Shown: positions 1 through 9,783, counted from the stretch's first letter. The stretch is DNA of 35,230 nucleotides from a virus (IMGVR_UViG_3300016649_000574:1-35230); one strand, 5' to 3'. The notes: generated by a model not told the origin, from the sequence alone. A program made the numbers and translations.

Positions 1-330
1 ATGGAAATCGACGAAGACACCTGCGACTGGCTAGGCCTGCCCACGCCCCTAGAAATGTACAAGCAGCACTGCCGCATCCTGGAGAACGAGATTCAGGAGC
101 TGAACCTTCAGCTCCGTAAAGCCCGGGCGGATGTGTTCTGCATCAGCCAGACGCTACTGGAGGTGCAGGCAAAAAACGCCGAGTTCGCCGGGTATCTGCG
201 CCAGCGCGGCGCCGAGGCGGCAGCCATGCGTAAAGAGATCGCCCAACTCACCATTGCAAAAAACGTGAATCAGCGCGAATTGGTCGAATTCAGAAAGCGG
301 CTTGGCCTGCCTATCGGGATATTGTCCTGA
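1..330 (+). CDS. Hypothetical coiled-coil protein, convergent with the lysis cassette
   Basis: 109-aa ORF, helical/coiled-coil composition; overlaps the Rz stop region by 20 nt. Confidence 0.6.
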   Translation: MEIDEDTCDWLGLPTPLEMYKQHCRILENEIQELNLQLRKARADVFCISQTLLEVQAKNAEFAGYLRQRGAEAAAMRKEIAQLTIAKNVNQRELVEFRKRLGLPIGILS

Positions 331-829
331 CGTAAGCCTGGCAAGCTCGCAACGCAATTATGGCGTTATCCCCGGCACCGGTGATGGCGAGAATTCTTTG
401 AGCATGCGTTGGGTCAAGTTGGGCTCGACGGCCTGCATGAACCACGCTTGCGGCGCCGGCGGCGGTAGGCACGTCGCAGCCACTGGCTGTATCCGCTGCG
501 TCGATAAGGACTGACAGCCGCACATCAGCAGTGGCAAGGCGATCGCGCAGAGCAGCTTGGGTACGTTGGGCATCGGTCAATTCCTTGGTGTGTTGTTGGT
601 CCTGGATGGCCAGCTGTTGCTCAGTGGCCAGGCGCTTGCTCTGATCGGCGCGGGCCTGGGCGGCAGCGACCATGCTGATCCTGGTCAGATCTTCTTGATG
701 CAGGCCGGCCTGCTCGGACAGCTTCTTGCCCATCCGCCAGTCTTGCACCTGCCAGGTCCCGCCCGCGGTACCGGCCATCAGCACCAGCATCAGCACCAAT
801 AGGCCCGCCAGCTTCTGCACCGGCGTCAT
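311..829 (-). CDS. Rz: i-spanin (Rz-like)
   Basis: N-terminal TM helix, periplasmic coiled coil, C-terminal LRACQAYV motif; directly downstream of the endolysin with ATGA overlap. Confidence 0.9.
   Translation of the reverse strand: MTPVQKLAGLLVLMLVLMAGTAGGTWQVQDWRMGKKLSEQAGLHQEDLTRISMVAAAQARADQSKRLATEQQLAIQDQQHTKELTDAQRTQAALRDRLATADVRLSVLIDAADTASGCDVPTAAGAASVVHAGRRAQLDPTHAQRILAITGAGDNAIIALRACQAYVRTISR
358..573 (-). CDS. Rz1: o-spanin lipoprotein (Rz1-like), nested in Rz in another frame
   Basis: Signal peptide with lipobox-like LMCG-C, Pro-rich mature part (CLPPPAPQAW), fully embedded in Rz. Confidence 0.85.
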   Translation of the reverse strand: MPNVPKLLCAIALPLLMCGCQSLSTQRIQPVAATCLPPPAPQAWFMQAVEPNLTQRMLKEFSPSPVPGITP

Positions 830-1359
830 GCCAGCACCTTCAGCGCCTTGTCGTATAGCGCCTGGCGGTCGTCCTGGCCGGTGAGCCCGCCATTGATACG
901 CCTGGTGATCTTCGCGAACTGCCCCTGATCAGCGAGTGTATTCAGCCCATTAGTCGACCAGAACCAAGCCGCCGACATCGCGGCGTGCTGCGGTAGCTCC
1001 AGCAGTTCCGGATTGCTGATGAGATCCAGGCCCAGCGCCTCGCCGCATGCTGCGTAATTGGCCCGGCCCGTGATCTGGATCAGGCCGCGCCCGCGGTACT
1101 TGGAGCCGTCGCCCTTCTGTGCATTGCCCAGGTCCGCACGGCCTTCGTACCCGGCCTGCTGCGGGGTGGGGCCCCAGATTTCGCGCACCCATCGCAACTG
1201 ACCGGACTCGTGACCAACCTGTGCAATGAACGCCGCCACGCGCGCGGTGCCCACGATGCCGTAGCGGCTCATGGCCGTGTTTAAGGCAGTAACAAAAACG
1301 CCGGCTTGGCGGCCGGCGTTCGGGAGGATATGCAGCAATTGCTGCTCGGTGATCGGCAT
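826..1359 (-). CDS. Endolysin, glycoside hydrolase family 19
   Basis: FIAQVGHES, YRGRGLIQITGRANY, SAAWFW, ITRRINGG motifs; ATG at 1359 with GGAG RBS. Confidence 0.93.
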   Translation of the reverse strand: MPITEQQLLHILPNAGRQAGVFVTALNTAMSRYGIVGTARVAAFIAQVGHESGQLRWVREIWGPTPQQAGYEGRADLGNAQKGDGSKYRGRGLIQITGRANYAACGEALGLDLISNPELLELPQHAAMSAAWFWSTNGLNTLADQGQFAKITRRINGGLTGQDDRQALYDKALKVLA

Positions 1360-1372
1360 AACTTTCTCCAGG

Positions 1373-1398
1373 CAAAAAAATACCCGCTCTGGGCGGGT
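1373..1398 (-). terminator. Intrinsic terminator upstream of endolysin
   Basis: ACCCGC/GCGGGT stem followed by a T-run on the - strand. Confidence 0.7.
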
Positions 1399-1417
1399 GG
1401 CGGTGTTTGGCAAAAGC

Positions 1418-1630
1418 TCAAGAGGCTGGTGAAGTGCTCAACCGATTGATGGTTGCGCGAGCTGCTGCGCGTGCTTCTTTGATGTCGTCCGGAATCGGTG
1501 TGCCATCCTCAAGCAGAGCGAAGGCATGCCAGTTGGTCTGGCTCAGGTACGCCCGAGCCTGGCCCAGGCTCAATTCATCCGTTATGTCTTGCGCCGTTTT
1601 AATCGGTTCAAGCTTGCTCAAGTCCACCAT
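1418..1630 (-). CDS. Small tail-fibre-associated protein (assembly chaperone-like)
   Basis: 70 aa, ARAYLSQTNW...PIPDDIKEARAAAR pattern typical of fibre-adjacent small proteins; position after fibre genes. Confidence 0.6.
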   Translation of the reverse strand: MVDLSKLEPIKTAQDITDELSLGQARAYLSQTNWHAFALLEDGTPIPDDIKEARAAARATINRLSTSPAS

Positions 1631-1994
1631 TTTCTTTTCCTTCTTGGATATCAGGAAGTTCAGCTGCAGGGATCACTACAGGCGACGTGTCGGGAAACTT
1701 CACCGGACCACTGCGCGCATCAATAATGATAGGTTCTGGTGGACTACGATATTCGTTGGGGCTCTCCATACTTAACGGAAGCTTTAAAGAAAAATGAAGA
1801 GTCTTACCGATCCTTTCTACATAATCGCTTGAGCCAGTGAGAAAGAATTTATTCTCAACTGCGGATGCTGGTAAGCGGTAACCGTCCGGTATACCAGACA
1901 AATCGATATCTTCGCCGTTGATCGTGATCACATCGCCTGATACAGAAGCTTCAAGCGGCCAATCGGACAAAAAAGGAAACAGCGTAATTTTCAT
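1608..1994 (-). CDS. Tail-fibre-associated hypothetical protein
   Basis: ATGA overlap with the upstream fibre gene; GDVITINGEDIDLS motif. Confidence 0.6.
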   Translation of the reverse strand: MKITLFPFLSDWPLEASVSGDVITINGEDIDLSGIPDGYRLPASAVENKFFLTGSSDYVERIGKTLHFSLKLPLSMESPNEYRSPPEPIIIDARSGPVKFPDTSPVVIPAAELPDIQEGKENGGLEQA

Positions 1995-2881
1995 TTCCAG
2001 CGACCCCAAACATTAATGGTAGGCACGAAAGCTTGAGCCGTCCCTCCGTTTCTGATAACGAAAGCCGCCGTATTCGCGTCGGACATATATTCTGCAATAA
2101 CCCCGTAGAAGTCGTAAGTTTGTTGTGGCTGAGCATTAGTTGTTGACTTATAGAGGTATCCAAGGCCGCTATTTACTAATGTCACCGGAAGGGCGACAGT
2201 AACGACTCTGATTTCACCGGCTGTAAAGTTCGAGGTCATCGGCGCGACCCCTCTGATATTCATTTCACCGTTTGCGTATTTGCTTACTAGGTAGTTACCG
2301 AATATCGCGGAGGACATCAATCCGCCGCCAGTGCCGCTGGGATCAAGTGTTGCGTTCACTCCGTTGTAAATGTTCGACCATGGCTGCCAGACGCCGTTAA
2401 TCCTACGACGTTCGGCGCGTCCGCCATGGGTAATACCGAAAGCCTCTTGAGATTCGTACCCGACACCGTGCACGGAAACCCGCAAGAAAAAAGCAGCAGA
2501 CCCAAACGATGGAGGCCCATTAGTAAAAGTACCGTTCAAGGCGTACAAAAATGCGTTGACTAGCGTATCGCAGTTGGCGCCGTTCCCAATTACGATAGCT
2601 GCGCCGCCATTCCACCCAGCGTGACCGGTTTTCAAAATACCACTGGGGTAATCCGAAGCCGTTGCAGTTACGGCTGCTGGCACCAAACCTAAACCTGCTT
2701 GTGCAGTGGATTGCGAGTTACCGCCAGTCCCACCCTTCGAAACCGGAAGAGGCGCAGTAGGTGTGCCAATGCCCTGGTAGAGTTCCGCGGTCATTGCATT
2801 TATCTTTGAGTTCGCAACGCGCGGCGTGTCGCCTCCGAGACCTGTAGGCGGCGTACCGAGAATAATCTCCTGTCTTGCCAT
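1991..2881 (-). CDS. Side tail fibre / receptor-binding protein with knob-like domain
   Basis: N-terminal GGDTPRVANSKIN, PVSKGGTG repeat motif, knob-like RRRINGVWQPW; GGAG RBS. Confidence 0.75.
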   Translation of the reverse strand: MARQEIILGTPPTGLGGDTPRVANSKINAMTAELYQGIGTPTAPLPVSKGGTGGNSQSTAQAGLGLVPAAVTATASDYPSGILKTGHAGWNGGAAIVIGNGANCDTLVNAFLYALNGTFTNGPPSFGSAAFFLRVSVHGVGYESQEAFGITHGGRAERRRINGVWQPWSNIYNGVNATLDPSGTGGGLMSSAIFGNYLVSKYANGEMNIRGVAPMTSNFTAGEIRVVTVALPVTLVNSGLGYLYKSTTNAQPQQTYDFYGVIAEYMSDANTAAFVIRNGGTAQAFVPTINVWGRWK

Positions 2882-2895
2882 GGTTTTCTCCAGGC

Positions 2896-2921
2896 GAAAA
2901 AAAACCTGCTCGTAGCAGGTT
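2896..2921 (-). terminator. Intrinsic terminator
   Basis: AACCTGCT/AGCAGGTT stem followed by a T-run on the - strand. Confidence 0.75.
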
Positions 2922-2938
2922 CGGTATTTCGCGCAACT

Positions 2939-3814
2939 TCAGTTAAATGGAAACGGCAATCCCGCCGTCTTTATCACCAGCGCTGACGGAAACCTATCTG
3001 TAGGAAGGCTGTGATAGGAGTATGTTGCCGTTGTGCTTTGCGCTGGCCAATCTTGTGTAGTTGTCCTTCCCGGGGGCGCGAAAAAGAAAGAAATGCCACC
3101 CACTCTTCCGAAGGCACCCTCGGCCATTCCGTAGGTAGTCGTATATCCAGAGGAAATAGTGTTCGGGTCAACTATCCCGCACGACCTATTCCATGGAAGA
3201 AACGCGGCGTATTCGACTCCGGCGTCTATATCTACGTTTACCACGCTATGAACAATTGCCGACCCTGCGGTCGATTGAAAAGCGATACGTTCATTACGCC
3301 CGCCCACGTAAGTGAACACCGGCCTTCCAAAACGATCCAGCGGACCTGGGCCAGGTGCGCGTATGGATCCAACGACATTCATGGGATTTTGGTTTGAGTT
3401 AAACGTTATACCGCCTGACTCTTCGCTTTTCGTTTTTAGCCATGGTCCAGGCAGACCATCATTTCGCATTAAATCAAAACAATAATATTTGGTTGCAGCG
3501 TTAGCCCCGGCATACAGATAAGTTTTTGTGTTCCCGGACACGGCGACCCCAGTAGCAACCCCCTTACCAACAAGGAAAACGATGGGGGATTGAGGATTAT
3601 CAAGTGTAAATCCGTACTGATCATCCCCGGGAACACCAGCGTCTCTCCAACTGCTGCCAACGTTTGGGTCTACGTTTATGCCTCTGAGAACCAACCGCCT
3701 CCAGTTTCCATTAAATGCAAGATTTCCGCTCTTCACCAGACCGTAACTTATTTTTCCGGTTTCATAAAGAAGCGCCCCACCCGACTGCCTTACAATTAAT
3801 CTACCATCAGACAT
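2939..3814 (-). CDS. Tail tip accessory protein
   Basis: TAATG overlap with the upstream gene gives start at 3814; beta/Gly-rich; lies downstream of J. Confidence 0.6.
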   Translation of the reverse strand: MSDGRLIVRQSGGALLYETGKISYGLVKSGNLAFNGNWRRLVLRGINVDPNVGSSWRDAGVPGDDQYGFTLDNPQSPIVFLVGKGVATGVAVSGNTKTYLYAGANAATKYYCFDLMRNDGLPGPWLKTKSEESGGITFNSNQNPMNVVGSIRAPGPGPLDRFGRPVFTYVGGRNERIAFQSTAGSAIVHSVVNVDIDAGVEYAAFLPWNRSCGIVDPNTISSGYTTTYGMAEGAFGRVGGISFFFAPPGRTTTQDWPAQSTTATYSYHSLPTDRFPSALVIKTAGLPFPFN

Positions 3815-4119
3815 TAATAATACCCGTAGTAAATTCGACAATTAGCTGAGAAAAAACCCCACCCTGCCGTATTGTATGAATATGCCCAGGAAAGAGATGT
3901 TCCATTTAGAATCACTCCCGGCCTCTTTCCCTTCTCAACTTGTAAATCCACCAGCGGCGAAACCGTAAAAAACGAGGTTCGACCAGCTGGTGGCGCAGGA
4001 ATCTGGATTGCTCCGTTTTGTCCGTTGGTGTCAACACTACCGACCGTCTGACTGATAAACATAGTCATATCAACTTTAGTCACACCGGTATCTCGATCTC
4101 TGATAATTAATCCGACCAT
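3814..4119 (-). CDS. Small tail tip accessory protein
   Basis: 101 aa immediately after J, ends IYYGYY as in lambdoid post-J tip proteins. Confidence 0.6.
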   Translation of the reverse strand: MVGLIIRDRDTGVTKVDMTMFISQTVGSVDTNGQNGAIQIPAPPAGRTSFFTVSPLVDLQVEKGKRPGVILNGTSLSWAYSYNTAGWGFFSANCRIYYGYY

Positions 4120-4120
4120 T

Positions 4121-7100
4121 TCAAAGACTCAAGTCAACACCAACGACACCGTTGGAATAAATGAATTTCAACCCATTATTATCAAGCAGCGAAGAGTTGC
4201 CATCTTTGCTACCACGTAGCGAGAATTTCCCCGATTTCATATCCAGCTCGATTAACGGATTCCCATTAGAGTCGACCGCTTCAGAACGCAGCGTCATCCC
4301 CAATATGATTTGTTGGATGAACGCTGCGCTGATTACAGCCTGATTCAGGACCACCTGATTCCCCTGAACAACAAACATTGGAATGAGCTGTCCGCTAACC
4401 TCGTCGACTACTGCAAAACGCTGCGCAAAAATCAGAAACTCCGACTGCTCGCCATCTGAGCCAAACGCGAAGCCGGAGGCGACCGTCTTTCCTCCAGCAG
4501 TGGTTTGGGCCTTAAACGTAACCATCGACGAAACCTTCCCGTCAGTGGTGGCCTGGGCCTTGCTAACCAACTGAATCGCCGCCGCGTTCTCGCCGGATGA
4601 CGCTTGCACGGTTTCAATCTTCTGAGCCAATGCCTTATCTGCGTCTGCTAGCGCGGAGCTTTCCTGCTTGAAGGCTGCCTCGTTACTGCTGACCTTGGCC
4701 CCAATGGTGGTAACTCGCTCTGCCAGAGCAGACGTAGCACTCGCTGCCGTTTTGGATACATCCAGAATGCTGGCTGTGTTTTCTTGGACCTTGGCTTCGA
4801 CAATATCCGTACGCTGCGACTGGGCAAAATCCCGCTCAGCAATTGCGGACATCAGCGACCAGGCCCCGGCCGAGGCGGTGTCATCACCCGCACTGCCCTG
4901 CTCCGAGCCTGCAGAATCAGATTTCACCAGTGCATAGACGCCTTCTAAGCGCTCGGCGGTGGCTGTGACCTTGCCGTCCACCTCTTCGATGGCCGCCTTG
5001 TTCTGGCTGATCTCCAGCGCCATCGCCGCATTCGTTTCGGCGACGGTACCTAGGTTGAACCAGTAGTTGGCGTTAGGCGGAATGGTGTCGACCGGTACCG
5101 CCTTGGTCGCCTGAAATAGCTGCTGGCCCACCCGGACCGTATCGCCCTTGGCGTAGGTCTTTGTTGGAACGTACTCCAGTGCATCCACCACTTCAGAGAT
5201 CAGGTTCTCCAACTCCTGCTTGGCTTTCTCTAAACGGTCGTTGACCGAGCCCGGCCCATCACCAGTAATCAGATCGATTTCTTCTCGCAGGCTCTGGTAG
5301 AGCGCACCCTTGCCAATCTTCTCGGCGAAGTACTTGTCGTACTCGGTCTGATCAGAACTGGCCCGGCCATTCACGGCGCCCGGGATCGGCCAGAAAGGTC
5401 CGACGTTGCCGGTACGGTCCACCAGGCGAGCCCAGAAGTAGAAGCTCGCCCCCGCCAAGATATTCTGCATTTCGTGCTTGGCTTGCGGGTAGCTGAAGTC
5501 GCTCAGCTTCTCCGCAGTGGTTAGGTCCGGCGACGAGCTGTACCAGAGTTCCGTCCGCTGGGTGTCTTCGGCACCTAGTGGGAATCCCCACTGGATACCG
5601 ATGCCATAAACTAGGCTGGTGGTGGTCAGGAACGCCACCGCCGGCGGCAACCCGACCTTTCCTTCCAGATTGGTTAGAGCCGACGTGGTCGGAATAGAGG
5701 AAACGTTGAGCGCACTCACCGCCCGCACCCGAGCCATATACTGCCCGGAATATATACCGCGTACGTCAACCATCTGTTCACCGGTGCGAGGTACGGTGAT
5801 CCATTCGCGGGCTCCCCACTTCCATTCGACGTCATAAGCAACCGCCCCTGAGGCGGCATCCCAGGCGATCGACATGACAGTTACCGCAATGCCCTGCTCG
5901 ATCACGACGTGCTGGCTCAACATCACACGCGCCGGCGCATCCTGCGTGACCACGGGGATGCCGGTGATTGGCCGGGTATCCACCACGGCGCCGTTATCGA
6001 TCGCGTCGAACTTGCTGGGGTCGTGCTGAATCACTTCGAGCTGAAACTGGTGCCACTCCGGACGCGTGACGTTGCGGACGTAGAACTGCATCAGTTTCAG
6101 ATCTTCGTAGTCAAGAATCCAACCGCACTCGGCCTGAGGCTGTTCGCTGAAATCTGCCATGACCGTCACATTTCGGCCTGCTACCGACTTCACCACCCGG
6201 CCTTCCGACCTACCGGTGGGTAGGTTGACCATCAGGCGCGCGCCGACCGGCACCACGGTATCGCGGTCAAGTGTCACCACGCGGCCGGCGGCGGCTGCTA
6301 TCCGGCCGCCATTGTTCCTGCCAACCAGCATAGGGTCGGCGACAGCGATCACCTGGCCAGGCTTCGGAATGTCGCCATCCAATCCCACACGAAACACCCC
6401 ACCCTGCGTTTGCAGCTTCTCGGTGAGCGCCGCCCATTGCCCGGCGCGCTGCGCCTGGCCCAGGGATGTGCAGCCGATCGCGCCAACATCGGTCTCGCGC
6501 ACGATCCCGCCCAGCTCGACCATAGCCTCGTCATCAAACACCGGCTCCTTGTCGGTTTCGAAACCCTGATCCGGGTTGTCCCAGGACACCATATAGAGCG
6601 TGTGCCGATCACGCGCGCGGGTGCCTTCGTACTTGATGGCTCCGTTGTTCAGGATCTGCGTCTGGTTGTAGGTGTAAACCGGGTCTCCGGGCATGTCGGC
6701 GTTGACCACGATCTGGCTGCCGTCCCAATACGCCAGGCCGTGGAAGATCGACGCGAGGTCTTGAAGAACGGCATAGGCCTCGGCCTGCTTCTGGAAGTAC
6801 AGGTTGCACGTAAAGCGCGGTTCCTGGCCGCCCTTACCGTCCGGAACCATCTGGTCGCAGTATTGAGCGATTCGATACAGCGACCAGCGATCAACCATGG
6901 TCGCGTCGATTCGGTCGCCGAGGCCGTAATACGGATGCAGAACCAGGTCATAGAAGATCCAGGCCGGGTTGTTGGTATAGGCCTCCTTGAAGGTGCCATC
7001 CCAGATGCCGTTGCTTGTCCCGGTACCAGAGGTTGCATAGGTTCGGGTTTCGGGGTTGTAGTTGGTCGGCACACGGATGATGCGACCGCGCATCAGCACA

Positions 7101-7870
7101 GCAATCTTCGCGATGTCACCGCCGAAGGTCTGGGCGTCGTACTCGATGCTGCTGACGGCGGTTAGCGGGTATTCCTGATCACTATCGACAACCTCTGCGA
7201 CGGCCTTAACCACCATCTGGTCGGCCACCAGGTCGGAGTTGGCATTCGGAGTCAGGCGGCGCACACGTATTGTCCACCGGTTGCCGGCGGGGAGCTCAAG
7301 CCGATGGGCGCGCTCGTACTCGGTGACGTTCTTCCGGTCGACAAACGAAACCAGCGCTTCCAGGTAGGGGCCATTGTCGGTGGAAATGTCCACAGCGTAA
7401 TCAATGCGCACGCCGTTGATGTTGCCGGCGGAATCCTGGCTGCGAAGCGTGGGCCAACTCAGGCGCAGCCGCACCGCGTCCAGAACCGGGTTGGTAATAC
7501 TGTGCAGCCAAGGAGTGCCGAAGATCAGTTCTTGCTTAACGTCTATCTCGTTGCTGGACTCGGTGTTGCCCTCCAGACGAGCCTGATTCAACTCACCGTT
7601 ACGGAACTGCCATTTGACACCAGGGTAGTTCAACGTGCCGTCCGCCCCCTGAATAGGCGTGCCATCCAGCTTGATCGAGCGCAAACCGTCAACCGGCCCA
7701 ACGATTGGCCCCCAGCTCCACATGTAGAGGATGCGCGCTGTAGAAATCGAAGGAACGCTATTCTGCGCAATGCTTGGCTTTTTCTCTTTGGCCTGGCCGC
7801 CTTTGCTGCCGATCACGGCTCGACGGGTGCGAGCTGCGGCGCGGGACGTCTTTTTAACTGCTGCGCTCAT
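4121..7870 (-). CDS. Central tail fibre / host specificity protein J (TipJ)
   Basis: ~1249 aa; YTNNPAWIFYD, YCDQMVPDGKGGQEPRFTCN motifs, FN3-like and coiled-coil regions; GGAG RBS before ATG 7870. Confidence 0.93.
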   Translation of the reverse strand: MSAAVKKTSRAAARTRRAVIGSKGGQAKEKKPSIAQNSVPSISTARILYMWSWGPIVGPVDGLRSIKLDGTPIQGADGTLNYPGVKWQFRNGELNQARLEGNTESSNEIDVKQELIFGTPWLHSITNPVLDAVRLRLSWPTLRSQDSAGNINGVRIDYAVDISTDNGPYLEALVSFVDRKNVTEYERAHRLELPAGNRWTIRVRRLTPNANSDLVADQMVVKAVAEVVDSDQEYPLTAVSSIEYDAQTFGGDIAKIAVLMRGRIIRVPTNYNPETRTYATSGTGTSNGIWDGTFKEAYTNNPAWIFYDLVLHPYYGLGDRIDATMVDRWSLYRIAQYCDQMVPDGKGGQEPRFTCNLYFQKQAEAYAVLQDLASIFHGLAYWDGSQIVVNADMPGDPVYTYNQTQILNNGAIKYEGTRARDRHTLYMVSWDNPDQGFETDKEPVFDDEAMVELGGIVRETDVGAIGCTSLGQAQRAGQWAALTEKLQTQGGVFRVGLDGDIPKPGQVIAVADPMLVGRNNGGRIAAAAGRVVTLDRDTVVPVGARLMVNLPTGRSEGRVVKSVAGRNVTVMADFSEQPQAECGWILDYEDLKLMQFYVRNVTRPEWHQFQLEVIQHDPSKFDAIDNGAVVDTRPITGIPVVTQDAPARVMLSQHVVIEQGIAVTVMSIAWDAASGAVAYDVEWKWGAREWITVPRTGEQMVDVRGIYSGQYMARVRAVSALNVSSIPTTSALTNLEGKVGLPPAVAFLTTTSLVYGIGIQWGFPLGAEDTQRTELWYSSSPDLTTAEKLSDFSYPQAKHEMQNILAGASFYFWARLVDRTGNVGPFWPIPGAVNGRASSDQTEYDKYFAEKIGKGALYQSLREEIDLITGDGPGSVNDRLEKAKQELENLISEVVDALEYVPTKTYAKGDTVRVGQQLFQATKAVPVDTIPPNANYWFNLGTVAETNAAMALEISQNKAAIEEVDGKVTATAERLEGVYALVKSDSAGSEQGSAGDDTASAGAWSLMSAIAERDFAQSQRTDIVEAKVQENTASILDVSKTAASATSALAERVTTIGAKVSSNEAAFKQESSALADADKALAQKIETVQASSGENAAAIQLVSKAQATTDGKVSSMVTFKAQTTAGGKTVASGFAFGSDGEQSEFLIFAQRFAVVDEVSGQLIPMFVVQGNQVVLNQAVISAAFIQQIILGMTLRSEAVDSNGNPLIELDMKSGKFSLRGSKDGNSSLLDNNGLKFIYSNGVVGVDLSL

Positions 7871-7987
7871 GCGCCCTCCAGAATGCAAAAACTGCCGAAG
7901 CGAATAAAGGAAGCTCTACGCTTGGCTTAAAAGTTGAACCGATGTATATATCTACCGGTGTTTCGTATAAATTCTAGGAGTAAATAA

Positions 7988-8401
7988 TTGAAAGTATTCA
8001 AGGTGATTCCAACTGGTTCAGACGGCCTAGCATCTAGAGATGCTGAAATTAAAAGCTGGGATGTTGTCGACGATTACTTCGTTCACTTCTCCGTAAACTC
8101 ACCCGACGAAGCAAACAGCTTAATAGCAGGACTGATACTAGCATCTTCTAATTTTGAATTTAAAATCAAAGAAGCCAAGAGCAAAAAATACGAACTAAGA
8201 AACTTTGTTATGCATACACACAGCAACTTAGCCCAACATATGGCAGATAATATGGGAGCCTGGAGGGCTGCTCCGGAAGAATCACAAACTGCTGAACCGC
8301 TTGTCCAACCTTCTAACGAAAATAAAGATACCAATAAATTGGAAAGCACAAATACCACGCAGAAATCGCCATCCAACATGCTACCCAAAGGTAATAAGTG
8401 A
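7988..8401 (+). CDS. AT-rich moron, unknown protein, antisense to the tail operon
   Basis: TTG start with AGGAG RBS; candidate promoter TTGGCT-N17-TATATA at 7922-7950; visibly lower GC than flanks. Confidence 0.65.
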   Translation: MKVFKVIPTGSDGLASRDAEIKSWDVVDDYFVHFSVNSPDEANSLIAGLILASSNFEFKIKEAKSKKYELRNFVMHTHSNLAQHMADNMGAWRAAPEESQTAEPLVQPSNENKDTNKLESTNTTQKSPSNMLPKGNK

Positions 8402-8414
8402 TAATTTTTTATAT

Positions 8415-9002
8415 TTAAATATTGTCCTGCGTGTACACCCCGCCAGATTCGACAGCACCGCCCACCTCTCGCTCGCCGTAAAGCAGCGGGTATGGGTTGC
8501 CTTGGGCAATTGTCGTCACCGCGCTGCCGAAACCGTAGCTCGGGTTGTTACCGTCGTCGTTCTTGCCTTCGGCGCCGGCCTTGGTTGTAGGTGACAGCAT
8601 TTGCACAACGCCGCCCAGGCCCACAGCGGCGCCGGCGGCGAGCAAGCCCATACCCAGGGTCGAGGTAGTGCCGCCGGTGAAAAGGCCGGCCACGATCAGC
8701 ACCACACCGAGAAGCGTCTGGAACATGCCAGCCTGCTTGCTGCCCTGGATGATCGGTTGAATGCGTATGTCGCCCTCAGAGCGGCCCATCAGATCAAGCT
8801 CCTGCTCGCCCAGGTTGCGCTCATCGACGAACACGGCGAACACCAGGCCGCGCTCCTCCGCCGTGCGCAAGTACTTCTCGAAACCTGGTTTCATCATGCA
8901 TAGCGCTGCCATCGCATCGCGGAAGCTGTAGACGTCCAGGGTGTATTGCTTGCCGAACTTCTTGCCCAGCACGCCGCCGAGCTTGATGGTGCGCATAGTC
9001 AT
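8415..9002 (-). CDS. Tail assembly protein I (lambda gpI-like)
   Basis: RTIKLGGVLGKKFG, QGNPYPLLYGEREVGG motifs; ATGA overlap with K. Confidence 0.9.
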   Translation of the reverse strand: MTMRTIKLGGVLGKKFGKQYTLDVYSFRDAMAALCMMKPGFEKYLRTAEERGLVFAVFVDERNLGEQELDLMGRSEGDIRIQPIIQGSKQAGMFQTLLGVVLIVAGLFTGGTTSTLGMGLLAAGAAVGLGGVVQMLSPTTKAGAEGKNDDGNNPSYGFGSAVTTIAQGNPYPLLYGEREVGGAVESGGVYTQDNI

Positions 9003-9781
9003 GGGCGGTAGTCCTTGTGCCGGAGGATCAGCTTCACCCGGTTGGCCATCGACCAACCGTAGATTTCACGGGCCGCCAGGCGACCAGCCATGTGGTGGTA
9101 AATGAACGGGCCAGACCCGCCAAGTTTTGGCGCCGGCTCGCTGATGAGGGACGGCTCATCGCCCAGGTAGATCATGGCGTGATTAGGGAAATAGCACTCC
9201 CGGCCAGGCGTCGGGATCTGCAGCACCAGCATATCGCCGCGTTTCGCCTCGTTGACCTGGTAGAAGCCGGTTGCCGCGAAGTTGTCTTCGTAAAGGCTTG
9301 GGCCGTCTTTCTTCTCCCACCACAGGTCGGCGCGTTCGAAGTTAGGAAGATTCAGGCCGGCCTCGCGCGCGTACCAGTCACGGCAGGCTGCCCAGCAGTC
9401 CAGCAGGCCATGGGAGAAGTCGCGCCCCAACAGCGGCGCCTGGAAGCCCGAAGGCTTGAACCACTCGAAGTGACCGCCTGGCCAGCCCACGATGCCCCAG
9501 GGCAATTCGTGCAATTCGCAGCTGACCCGGTCCGCCATGCTCGGCGTGGGCGCCTTGTCGGGGTGGCTGTGGATGATGGCCAGCACGTCACCGCGATCCT
9601 CGGCGGCAGCCATGTCCTTGTGCTCGATTTGGAAGTGTTCGCGCGGCGTCGTGGCGAGGTTGGCGCAGGGCACGTACTCCCGGCCGGCGGCCGACTTGAT
9701 CAGAACGCCGCAGGCTTCTGCCGGGTAGACGCGCTCAGCATGCGCGCGGATCTCGTCCCGCAGTTTTTTGTTGATGCGCAT
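8999..9781 (-). CDS. Tail assembly protein K (JAB/MPN + NlpC/P60)
   Basis: EACG, HSHP...PSMAD (JAB) and DCW...RDWY, NHAMIYLG (NlpC/P60). Confidence 0.92.
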   Translation of the reverse strand: MRINKKLRDEIRAHAERVYPAEACGVLIKSAAGREYVPCANLATTPREHFQIEHKDMAAAEDRGDVLAIIHSHPDKAPTPSMADRVSCELHELPWGIVGWPGGHFEWFKPSGFQAPLLGRDFSHGLLDCWAACRDWYAREAGLNLPNFERADLWWEKKDGPSLYEDNFAATGFYQVNEAKRGDMLVLQIPTPGRECYFPNHAMIYLGDEPSLISEPAPKLGGSGPFIYHHMAGRLAAREIYGWSMANRVKLILRHKDYRP

Positions 9782-9783
9782 CG

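Noticed and set aside
1418-7870. Diversity-generating retroelement or invertible fibre cassette
   Set aside because: No reverse transcriptase, invertase or duplicated fibre segment seen
7942-7957. SOS-box-like ATGTATATATCTACCG
   Set aside because: Mismatches in both conserved CTG/CAG ends
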